Source: Dehalococcoidia bacterium (GTDB taxonomy: Bacteria; Chloroflexota; Dehalococcoidia; Bin125). Taken from it: a DNA stretch of 64,000 nt. Position 1 is the stretch's first letter; each line of letters opens with the position of its first letter. A program made the translations under genes and the position numbers. Positions 47,237-55,974 of this stretch are shown piece by piece. Location: assembly GCA_965263065.1 (NCBI GenBank), contig CBDHGH010000003.1, positions 1,564,537 to 1,628,536 of the forward strand, given 5' to 3'. Under the pieces are notes generated by a model. That model searched no databases and had not been told where the DNA came from. It saw nothing but the letters and a program-made list of their open reading frames with translations.

Positions 47237-48919
47237 ATGCCGACACGGGAGGAAGCGCTGGCGCAGTTGACCGCGCCGGGGCAGCCGTACGAGTTCGTGC
47301 GGGCCATGCAGGGCGGCTACGAGGTGCGGGTGTTCAAGAACGCGCCGCCGACGCTGGGGACGCTGTTCGCCGAGAACCGCAGCGACCTGCCGTTCTTCGT
47401 CTACGACGACGAGCGCTACAGCTACGAGGAGGTCTACGTAGCGGCCTGCCGCATCGGGCGGCTGCTGGTCGATCGCTATGGGATCGGCAAGGGCGACCGC
47501 GTCGCGATCTCGATGCGCAACTATCCGGAATGGGTCATGTGCTTCATGGCCGTGACGTCGATTGGGGGGATCGCCGTGGCGCTGAACGCGCTGTGGCAGC
47601 CCGAGGAGATGGAGTACGGGCTGATCGACAGCGGGGCCAAGGTGCTGTTCGCGGACGGCGAGCGGCTGCAGCGGCTGGCCGCCTGCTCGGACGCCGTGAC
47701 GGTGCAGGCCATCGCCGCCCGGCAGGGGGATGGGCCAACGTACGCGGTCCCGGAGCTCGGGGACCTGCTGCGCGACGTGCCCGCCGGGCCGATGCCGCAG
47801 GCCGGCGTCGAGCCGACGGACGACGCGATGATCCTCTACACGTCGGGCTCCACGGGCCACGCGAAGGGCGTGGTCAGCACGCACCGCAACGTGATCAGCG
47901 CGCTGCTGTCGTGGGAACTCGACAGCCAGGTGGGGCGCGTCGCCGCGGGGCTCGTCTGGCCCGAGCCCGACCATCAGCCGGCGACGCTGCTGGCGGTGCC
48001 GCTCTTTCACGCCACCGGTTCGCATGCGGTCTACCTGGCGTCGTACCGGGCGCAGCGCAAGATCGTCTCGATGTACAAGTGGGATCCGGAGCGGGCGGCG
48101 GCCTTGATCGAGCGGGAGCACATCGACATGTTCGTCGCGTCGCCGGCGATGACGGGGGACCTGGTGCAGACGGCGCGGACCACGTCGCACGACCTGAGCT
48201 CGCTGATGATGGTGGGCGGGGGCGGGGCGCCGCGGGCGCCGGAGCAGGTGCGGGCGATCGATCAGTCGTTCGCGAACGCCATTCCGGGCACGGGCTGGGG
48301 GATGACCGAGACGAACTCGATTGGGACGGGGATCGGCGGGGCGGAGTATCTGCAGCGGCCCACCAGTTCGGGCCGGGCCGCGCCGGTGTTCGACCTGCGC
48401 ATCGTGGGGGAGGACGAGCAGCCGCTCCCGGCGGGCGAGCGAGGCGAGTTGCAGATCCGGGGCACGTCCGTCTGTCGCGGCTACTGGAACCGGCCCGACG
48501 CCAACGCCGCGGCCTTCACCGACGACGGCTGGATGCGCACGGGCGACGTCGCGTATCTCGACGCCGAGGGCTACCTGTTCATCGTCGATCGGATCAAGGA
48601 CCTGGTCATCCGGGGCGGCGAGAACATCGGCTGCGGGCAGGTCGAGGCGGCGATCATGGCGCATCCGGACGCGATCGAGGCGGCGGTCTACGCCGTGCCC
48701 GACGCGCGCCTGGGCGAAGAGGTCGGGGCGACCGTCTACGCCCGCGCGGGGCTGGAGGCGGAGGCCCTGCGCGCGTTCCTGGGCGATCACTTGGCGCGCT
48801 TCGAGATCCCCCGCTACGTCACGCTGACGTCGGAGCCGCTGCCGCGCACCGCGTCGGGCAAGATCTTCAAGCGGGAGATCCGGGAGGCGGCCGTCGCGGG
48901 GCTGGGCGCGGGGGCGTAG
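47237..48919 (+). CDS. Long-chain acyl-CoA synthetase (AMP-forming)
   Basis: YTSGSTGHAKG, WGMTE, RTGD, DRIKD, SGK. Confidence 0.93.
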   Translation: MPTREEALAQLTAPGQPYEFVRAMQGGYEVRVFKNAPPTLGTLFAENRSDLPFFVYDDERYSYEEVYVAACRIGRLLVDRYGIGKGDRVAISMRNYPEWVMCFMAVTSIGGIAVALNALWQPEEMEYGLIDSGAKVLFADGERLQRLAACSDAVTVQAIAARQGDGPTYAVPELGDLLRDVPAGPMPQAGVEPTDDAMILYTSGSTGHAKGVVSTHRNVISALLSWELDSQVGRVAAGLVWPEPDHQPATLLAVPLFHATGSHAVYLASYRAQRKIVSMYKWDPERAAALIEREHIDMFVASPAMTGDLVQTARTTSHDLSSLMMVGGGGAPRAPEQVRAIDQSFANAIPGTGWGMTETNSIGTGIGGAEYLQRPTSSGRAAPVFDLRIVGEDEQPLPAGERGELQIRGTSVCRGYWNRPDANAAAFTDDGWMRTGDVAYLDAEGYLFIVDRIKDLVIRGGENIGCGQVEAAIMAHPDAIEAAVYAVPDARLGEEVGATVYARAGLEAEALRAFLGDHLARFEIPRYVTLTSEPLPRTASGKIFKREIREAAVAGLGAGA

Positions 48920-49030
48920 CGCCACCCCGTCGCGGCGGCACCGTCGCAGCCCCTCCCACGCAACCGCAGCGACGATTTTTCTGTGTTTGCGCTATTCTCA
49001 GTGCACGAGAGCCCCGAGGAGGGATGCCCA

Positions 49031-49333
49031 GTGGAAGTCAAGAGGAAGCGGCTCACGCTCGACCTGGACCCCCCTGTGCAGCGCCGTCTGAAGGCGGTGG
49101 CTGCATTGAAAGGCATCAGCATGCGCAGGTACTGCCAGACCGCCATCGACAAGGAGTTGGCCAGGGACGAAGCCAACGGCCTGTCCGGCTCGCGCGAGAG
49201 GCTCTCCGACGCGGATCGGTTCGCGGAACTCCAGAAGAAGCACTTCGGGGATCGGATGCTGCCCGGCAGTTCCGTTGACCTGATCCGGGAGGCCCGCGAG
49301 ATCAGGGACGAGCAGCTCAAGGACATCATGTGA
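49031..49333 (+). CDS. Antitoxin with ribbon-helix-helix-like N-terminus (VapB partner)
   Basis: GTG behind GAGGAGG; RLTLDLDP...RLKAVAALKGISM; GTGA overlap with the PIN gene. Confidence 0.75.
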   Translation: MEVKRKRLTLDLDPPVQRRLKAVAALKGISMRRYCQTAIDKELARDEANGLSGSRERLSDADRFAELQKKHFGDRMLPGSSVDLIREAREIRDEQLKDIM

Positions 49334-49779
49334 GCGGCGTCGTCGTCGTGGACGCGAGCCTGGCGTTCAAGTGGCTGGTGTGGGAGCCGCAGTCGGGCAA
49401 GGCCCTCACGCTTCTCCGCTCCTGGGATCGGCAAGGCGTCAGACGGGCGGCTCCTCACCTCCTGCCTTTCGAGGTTGCCAACGCTTTGCACAGGCGCGTC
49501 GTGCGGAGAGAACTGACCGTCGAGGCGGCCGCGGATCTCATCAGCAGTCTGTTGGCCTCACGACTCGAACTGCATGAGACGCCGGACCTGCACGGCCGAG
49601 CCCTGGCACTGGCAAACGACCTCGACCAGGGGGCGGCCTACGACGCGCACTATCTGGCGCTGGCGGCGACGCTCGATTGCGAGCTGTGGACCGCCGATGA
49701 GAAGTTCTTCCGGGCAGCCAGCGCCGTGTCCTCGAACGTGCGTTGGCTCGGCGAGTTCGTCGAGGCGGAGCGCGCGTAG
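49330..49779 (+). CDS. vapC: VapC PIN-domain toxin
   Basis: VVDAS, EVANAL, YDAHYLALA, WTAD. Confidence 0.9.
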   Translation: MSGVVVVDASLAFKWLVWEPQSGKALTLLRSWDRQGVRRAAPHLLPFEVANALHRRVVRRELTVEAAADLISSLLASRLELHETPDLHGRALALANDLDQGAAYDAHYLALAATLDCELWTADEKFFRAASAVSSNVRWLGEFVEAERA

Positions 49780-49846
49780 AGAGTCATCGCGCTGCGATCC
49801 CTCGATGGCGCTGCGGTTGGCGGGTGGCGACCCGACAGCCCGGGGT

Positions 49847-52078
49847 CTACGGCACGAGGACCGCGCCGCCGGCGACGAGTTCTTCCACGCGATCCGGCGG
49901 GTAGCCCAGCACTCGGTCGAGGACGAGGCGGGTGCCGGAGTAGAGGGGCGGGGCGCCGCGCCAGATGGGCGTGCGGTCGCCGTCGATGCGCCAGATGGAG
50001 CCGCCCATGCGGACGCCGGCGCCCGCGATCTCCGGTGACGGGTCGTCGACCCAGAAGCCGGCGGCGTTCAGGTCCGGATCGCGCAGGCAGTCGGCGCTGT
50101 GCTGGATCGGTGCGACGAGGGCGCCGGCGGCGCCCGCGCGATCGGCGATGGCCCCGAGGTCGAGTTGCGCCGCGGCCGCGCGCAGCGCCTCATCGGTCGT
50201 GGCCGGCGCGCCGAGCGCCGTCGCGACGGCGCCCCACGAATCGCGGCCGGGCACGATCAGCGCCACGAAGCGATCGTCGGCGCTGGCGACGACGCGATAG
50301 TCGGCGAGGCCCGACTCCGTCCCGGGCGGTGGGGGCTCCGGGCTGTTCGCGGCCAGCATCGGTTCGAGCGCGATGCAGCACATGCTCTCCAGATCCGAGA
50401 GGTCGACGTAGGCGGGCCGGCCGCTGCGGCGCGCGCCACAGGCGTAGGCGGCGATCGCGTAGGCGCCGGCCAGGCCGCTGACCGGGTCGGGATAGGGGAT
50501 CCACATCTGCGAGATCGTCTCGCCGTCGCGGCTGCTGGCGAAGCCCGCGCCGGAGGCGGCGTAGACGTGGGTGCCGTAGCCGATGAAGTGCGCCTGGGGA
50601 CCCGTCGCCCCGTAGGCCGACATGGACACGTAGACCAGGCGCGGGTTGACGGCGACCAGGTCGTCGTAGCCGACCCCGAGCCGGTCGACGACGCCGGGGG
50701 AGAAGTTCTCCACCACGACGTCGGCGCGGGCCGCGAGGTCGCGGATGACCTGCACGCCCTCGGGCGTCTTCATGTCGACGCCGAGGCTGATCTTGCCGCG
50801 CTGGTTGGCGCTCCACCAGCCGGAGACGTTGGCCGACCCCTCGCGTCCGTCGCGATAGGGCGGATTGCGGCGCAGGTTGCTGCGGGTGGGCTGCCGCTCC
50901 ACGTTGATGACCTCCGCGCCGAGGTCGGCGAGCACGGTGGTCGCGAAGGGGCCGGCCCAGGCCCAGGTGAGATCGAGCACGCGCAGGCCGGAGAGCGGCA
51001 GATCGGACGCCGGCCGCACACGACCTGGGGCGGCCGCGCGGGGGGTGGCGGCCGGCTCGCCGGCGCGGGCCAGCCAGGGCAGGCGGGGCGTCGGAGGGCC
51101 GGGGCCGGTCTCGAAGAAGCGGCGCGCGGTGAGCTGCGGGTCGGCGATGACGTCCGCCGCCCGGCAGACCTGCGCCGCCGGGACGTGCGCGGCCTGGGTT
51201 TGCGCGACCAGCGCGGCGCGGGTCGCCGAGCGCGCCCATTCACGCAGGCGCGCGTCGATCAGGTCACGCGCCTCGCGCAGGATGGCCGTTTCCCGCATGA
51301 CGGCGTCGGCGGCCCAGTCCAGCTCGCCGACGATGCGGAAGAGCGAGGCCCAGTGCTTGGGGTCGATGGCCCCGACGTACACCATCCCATCGGCGACAGC
51401 CATCGTGCCGCCCGGGTAGGGCGCCGCCTTGTCGCGGCCGACGATCCGATCGCCCAGCTGCGCGAAGGCGATGGGCTGCATGGGCATGAGCGCCAGCAGC
51501 TCCAGCTTGTCGAACGAGACGCGGCGCGGCGGCGGCGCGCCGGGCGCACGGGCCAGCGCGCCGGTCGCGACCGCGATCGCGGCGGCGACGCCGGCCAAGA
51601 GGCTGGCCTGACGGTTGAGCGGCAGGCAGGGCTCGCCCATGCCCCAGGCCGGCGTGATCTCACTGGTCAGGTAGCCCAGGCCCGAGCGCGCCCAGAGCGC
51701 CATGTCGTGCGACTGGGCCTCCGCGAAGCTCCCGCCGGTGGGCAAGGGCGACGTCACCTCGACGACCGAGGCCTCGGCGCGCAGGCGGGCCGGGATCGCA
51801 TCGCTCAGGGCGGCCAGCGAGGCGGCGTCGCCGACGAGGGCCGCGTAGGGGCGATCGGCGCCGAAGTCGGCCGCGCGCAGGCCGCGGCCGGCGAGGCGCT
51901 CGAAGCGGGCTTCCGCGTCGTCGGCGGGGTCGGGCCGCCAGCCGGGGCGGTAGACGGCGACGTCGGCGCCGCTCTCGGTCAGCCACCAGGCGGCGAAGCG
52001 GGTGGCGACGTCGGCGCCCACGGCAAGCACGCGCACGCCCTCAAGTGGTCCCGGGACGCCCGCGGCGGCCATCGTCAC
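49847..52078 (-). CDS. Family III CoA-transferase (CaiB/BaiF), two fused domains
   Basis: PLEGVRVL and PLSGLRVLDLTWAWAGP, LGAEVI, ENFSPG, YPDPVSG. Confidence 0.9.
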   Translation of the reverse strand: MTMAAAGVPGPLEGVRVLAVGADVATRFAAWWLTESGADVAVYRPGWRPDPADDAEARFERLAGRGLRAADFGADRPYAALVGDAASLAALSDAIPARLRAEASVVEVTSPLPTGGSFAEAQSHDMALWARSGLGYLTSEITPAWGMGEPCLPLNRQASLLAGVAAAIAVATGALARAPGAPPPRRVSFDKLELLALMPMQPIAFAQLGDRIVGRDKAAPYPGGTMAVADGMVYVGAIDPKHWASLFRIVGELDWAADAVMRETAILREARDLIDARLREWARSATRAALVAQTQAAHVPAAQVCRAADVIADPQLTARRFFETGPGPPTPRLPWLARAGEPAATPRAAAPGRVRPASDLPLSGLRVLDLTWAWAGPFATTVLADLGAEVINVERQPTRSNLRRNPPYRDGREGSANVSGWWSANQRGKISLGVDMKTPEGVQVIRDLAARADVVVENFSPGVVDRLGVGYDDLVAVNPRLVYVSMSAYGATGPQAHFIGYGTHVYAASGAGFASSRDGETISQMWIPYPDPVSGLAGAYAIAAYACGARRSGRPAYVDLSDLESMCCIALEPMLAANSPEPPPPGTESGLADYRVVASADDRFVALIVPGRDSWGAVATALGAPATTDEALRAAAAQLDLGAIADRAGAAGALVAPIQHSADCLRDPDLNAAGFWVDDPSPEIAGAGVRMGGSIWRIDGDRTPIWRGAPPLYSGTRLVLDRVLGYPPDRVEELVAGGAVLVP

Positions 52079-52157
52079 CGTTCAATCGCTGCGGCCCGAC
52101 ACTGATGGCGGGGGGCCGGGCTCGCCCGGCCGGATCCCCGTCCCGCGGTGGCCGGCG

Positions 52158-53939
52158 TCAGGCGTCGCGCGGGCCGCGCACGAGGCGGCCCGGCAGCGCG
52201 CCGGTGAGCTCATCGCCCTCGAGCGTGATCTGGCCGGCGCAGAGCGTGAAGTCGTAGCCGGTCTGGCGCTGGTGGTAGCGCTTCGCGCCCTCGGGCAGGT
52301 CGTAGATGATGTGCGGCGCGCGCGAGCCCAGCCGCTCGGGGTCGATCACGTTGAGGTCGGCGCGCTTGCCGACGGCCAGCACGCCGCGGTCGCCCAGACC
52401 GTAGAGGTCGGCGTTGGCGCCGCTCTGCTTGTGCACGATCGTCTCGATGGGGACGCGCTCGCCGCGCTCGCGCTGCCAGCCCCAATAGCGCAGGTTCCAG
52501 CTGGCCATCTCAACGTCGGACAACGAACCGACGTGGGCGCCGGCGTCGCTGAGGCCGTTGCGGGTCAGCGGGTGCATCATCTGCTCGCGCTGGTAGTCGA
52601 GATTGCCCTCGCTGTAGCCCTCGAGGTAGTGCAGCAGGATGGTGCGGCCGTCGCCCTGGGTGAGCAGGTCGTAGAACGCCTCGTCGCCGCCGATGCCGTG
52701 TCGTTCGGCGTAGGCGGCGACGCTGGCCTCGTACTCCGGCTCGTAGTTGGGCGGGTCGCCGAGCACCCAGGCCTTGTGCGGGTTGGAGAGCAGGTTGTCG
52801 AGGAAGATCGCGTGCAGGCTGCCGGGCGTGCCGTCGATCAGGAAGATGTGCCCTGCCGGATCGGAGTCCATGAACTGGCGGACGTCGTTGCTCAGATCCC
52901 ACTCGCTGGCCAGGATCGCGGCCTTGACCTCGGGGTCCTGCATCTTGGTGATGCGCTCCTCGAAGGGAAGATCCTCGACCAGTTCGCGGTAGGCCAGGTT
53001 GAGCCCGTAGGGGTGCGCCGAGCCCTCGAGGCTGAGCAGGGCGCAGGTGCCGCGGCCGCGAATCTGCGGGAAGATGCGGACGCCGCGCTCGTGCGCCTCC
53101 TCGACCCGGCGCAGGCTCTCGCGCCAGCCGGGGCGGCCGCTGTTGGGCATGCCTTCGCCGGAGAGGTAGGTGACGGTGAGGTTCGACTCCAGCGCGAGGT
53201 GGTGGATCCACTCCCGCTCGAACTCGCCGACGACCTGGAAAACGCCGCCGCCGCCCTCGCCCATGCCGCGCGCGATCGCTTCCAGCTCGGGGTAGCGGGC
53301 GAAGGAGCCGGGAGTGGGGACGCCGGCCTTGGTGCGATGCACCATGGCGCGGTTGGAGGAGAAGCCCAGGGCGCCGGCCTCAATGGCCTCCCGCACGAGG
53401 CGGGTCATGTGCGTCAGTTCCTCGTCGTTGGGCTGGATGTCGTCGGCGCCGCGCTCGCCCATCACGTAGCAGCGCAGCGGGCTGTGCGGGATCTGCGTCG
53501 CGATGTCCATCACCCGCGGCTTGCCGTCGATGGCGTCGAGGTACTCGGGGAAGGTCTCCCACTCCCAGGTGATGCCGGCCGACATCGCCGTGGAGGGGAT
53601 GTCCTCGACGGCGTCCAGCAGGTCGAGCAGCCAGTCGCGCTCGGCGGGGCGGACGGGCGCGAAGCCGACGCCGCAGTTGCCCATGACGACGGTGGTGACG
53701 CCGTTGTAGCAGGAGGGATCGAGGTTCGGGTCCCACGAGACCTGGGCGTCCATGTGCGTGTGGATGTCGATCCAGCCGGGGGTGACGAGTTTGCCGCCGG
53801 CGTCGATCTCGCGCTTGCCGGGGCCGACGTCGTCGCCGACGGCGGTGATGCGGTCGCCGTCGATGCCGATGGCGCCGGTGAACTCCGGCCCGCCGGTGCC
53901 GTCGAAGATGCGACCGTTGCGGATGGTGATGTCGTGCAT
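52158..53939 (-). CDS. N-acyl-D-amino-acid deacylase family amidohydrolase, copy 1
   Basis: PGWIDIHTH, GNCGVG, GLSDAGAH, DRG.LAVGKRADL. Confidence 0.9.
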   Translation of the reverse strand: MHDITIRNGRIFDGTGGPEFTGAIGIDGDRITAVGDDVGPGKREIDAGGKLVTPGWIDIHTHMDAQVSWDPNLDPSCYNGVTTVVMGNCGVGFAPVRPAERDWLLDLLDAVEDIPSTAMSAGITWEWETFPEYLDAIDGKPRVMDIATQIPHSPLRCYVMGERGADDIQPNDEELTHMTRLVREAIEAGALGFSSNRAMVHRTKAGVPTPGSFARYPELEAIARGMGEGGGGVFQVVGEFEREWIHHLALESNLTVTYLSGEGMPNSGRPGWRESLRRVEEAHERGVRIFPQIRGRGTCALLSLEGSAHPYGLNLAYRELVEDLPFEERITKMQDPEVKAAILASEWDLSNDVRQFMDSDPAGHIFLIDGTPGSLHAIFLDNLLSNPHKAWVLGDPPNYEPEYEASVAAYAERHGIGGDEAFYDLLTQGDGRTILLHYLEGYSEGNLDYQREQMMHPLTRNGLSDAGAHVGSLSDVEMASWNLRYWGWQRERGERVPIETIVHKQSGANADLYGLGDRGVLAVGKRADLNVIDPERLGSRAPHIIYDLPEGAKRYHQRQTGYDFTLCAGQITLEGDELTGALPGRLVRGPRDA

Positions 53940-54061
53940 GGGGGTCTCGCTTTCTTCACGATCGTCGCGACGGCAGGGGATGCGCCGCCTGTGCGCTGAT
54001 GTTAGCGCCATCCGGCCCAGAGCGGGCAATCGAAGCGTCGTGCGGACGGCGTTTCCGGCGA
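53940..54061 (-). repeat. Duplicated upstream region plus remnant of the VHPO 3' end (repeat of 55881-55994)
   Basis: Colinear similarity including a -10-like box (TAACAT vs TAGTAT); 54045-54061 encodes AGNAV, matching the VHPO C-terminus FAGNAV*. Confidence 0.75.
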
Positions 54062-54100
54062 GCCGCTCGCAGCGGGCCTCCGCGTCGTCGGCGGCCGGCC

Positions 54101-55880
54101 CTACGCGTCGCGCGGGCCGCGCACGAGGCGGCCCGGCAGCGCGCCGGTCAGCTCGTCGCCCTCGAGCGTGATCTGGCCGGCGCAGAGGGTGAAGTCGTAG
54201 CCGGTCTGGCGCTGGTGGTAGCGCTTCGCGCCCTCGGGCAGGTCGTAGATGATGTGCGGTGCGCGCGAGCCGAGCCGCTCGGGGTCGATCACGTTGAGGT
54301 CGGCGCGCTTGCCGACGGCCAGCACGCCGCGGTCGCCCAGGCCGTAGAGGTCGGCGTTGGCGCCGCTCTGCTTGTGCACGATCGTCTCGATCGGCACGCG
54401 CTCGCCGCGCTCCCGCTGCCAGCCCCAGTAGCGCAGATTCCAACTGGCCATCTCGACGTCGGACAGCGAACCGACGTGGGCGCCGGCGTCGCTGAGGCCG
54501 TTGCGGGTCAGCGGGTGCATCATCTGCTCGCGCTGGTAGTCGAGGTTGCCCTGGCTGTAGCCCTCGAGGTAGTGCAGCAGGATGGTGCTGCCGTCGCCCT
54601 GGGTGAGCAGGTCGTAGAAGGCCTCATCGCTGCTGATGCCGTGGCGCTCGGCGTAGGCGGCGACGCTGGCCTCGTACTCCGGCTCGTAGTTCGGCGGGTC
54701 GCCGAGCACCCAGGACATGTGGGGGTTCGAGAGGAGGTTTTCGAGGAAGATGGCGTGGAGACTGCCCGGCGTGCCGTCGATGAGGAAGATGTGCTCCTCG
54801 GGATCGCCGTCCATGAACTGGCGGACGTCGCTGCTGAGGTCCCACTCGCTGGCCAGGATCGCGGCCTTGACCTCCGGGTCGCGCATCTTGACGATGCGCT
54901 CCTTGAAGGGAAGGTCCGCGACGAGTTCGCGGTAGGCCAGGTTGAGCCCGTAGGGGTGGGCCGAGCCCTCGAGGTTGAGCAGGGCGCAGGTGCCGCGGCC
55001 GCGGATCTGCGGGAAGAGGCGGATGCCGCGCTCGCGCGCCTTCTCCGCCCGGCGCAGGCCGTCGCGCCAGTCGAAGCTGCTGCCGGGCAGGCCCTCGCCG
55101 AAGAGGTACGTGACGGTGAGGTTCGGCTCCTGCGACACGTGGTCGACCCAGTCGCCCTCGAAGTCGCCGACGACCTGGAAGACGCCGCCGCCGCCCTCGC
55201 TCATGCCGCGCGCGATCGCCTCCAGCTCCGGGTAGCGGGCGAAGGAGCCGGGCGTTGGGACGCCCGCCTTGGTGCGATGCGCCATGAGGCGGTTGGAGGA
55301 GAAGCCCACGGCGCCGGCCTCGATGGCTTCGCGGACGAGGCGGGCCATGTGCGTCAGTTCCTCGTCGGTGGGTTGGATGTCCTCGGCGCCGCGGGCGCCC
55401 ATGACGTAGCAGCGCAGCGGGCTGTGCGGGATCTGCGTCGCGATGTCCATCACGCGGGGCTTGCCGTCGATGGCGTCGAGGTACTCGGGGAAGGTCTCCC
55501 ACTCCCAGGTGATGCCGGCCGACATCGCCGTGGAGGGGATGTCCTCGACGGCGTCGAGCAGGTCCAGCAGCCACTCGCGCTCGGGGGGGGCGGACGGGCG
55601 CGAAGCCCACGCCGCAGTTGCCCATGACGACGGTCGTGACGCCGTTGTAGCAGGAGGGATCGAGGTTGGGATCCCAGGAGACCTGGGCGTCCATGTGGGT
55701 GTGGATGTCGATCCAGCCGGGGGTGACGAGCTTGCCGCCGGCGTCGATCTCGCGCTTGCCGGGGCCCACGTCGTCGCCGACGGCGGTGATGCGGTCGCCG
55801 TCGATGCCGATGTCGGCCGTGAACTCGGGCACGCCGGTGCCGTCGAAGATGCGGCCGTTGCGGATGGTGATCTCGTGCAT
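54101..55880 (-). pseudogene. Amidohydrolase copy 2, frameshifted at a G8 tract (55583-55590)
   Basis: N-terminus lies in ORF 54624-55880 and the remainder in ORF 54101-55942; copy 1 has GGCGGGG (7 nt) at the equivalent position. Confidence 0.8.
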
Positions 55881-55974
55881 GGGGTCTCGCTTTCTTCACG
55901 ACGGCGAAGGATGCGCCGCCTGTGCGCCGATACTAGCGCCATCTGGCGCAGAGCGCGCGCAACCGGAGCGTCGT

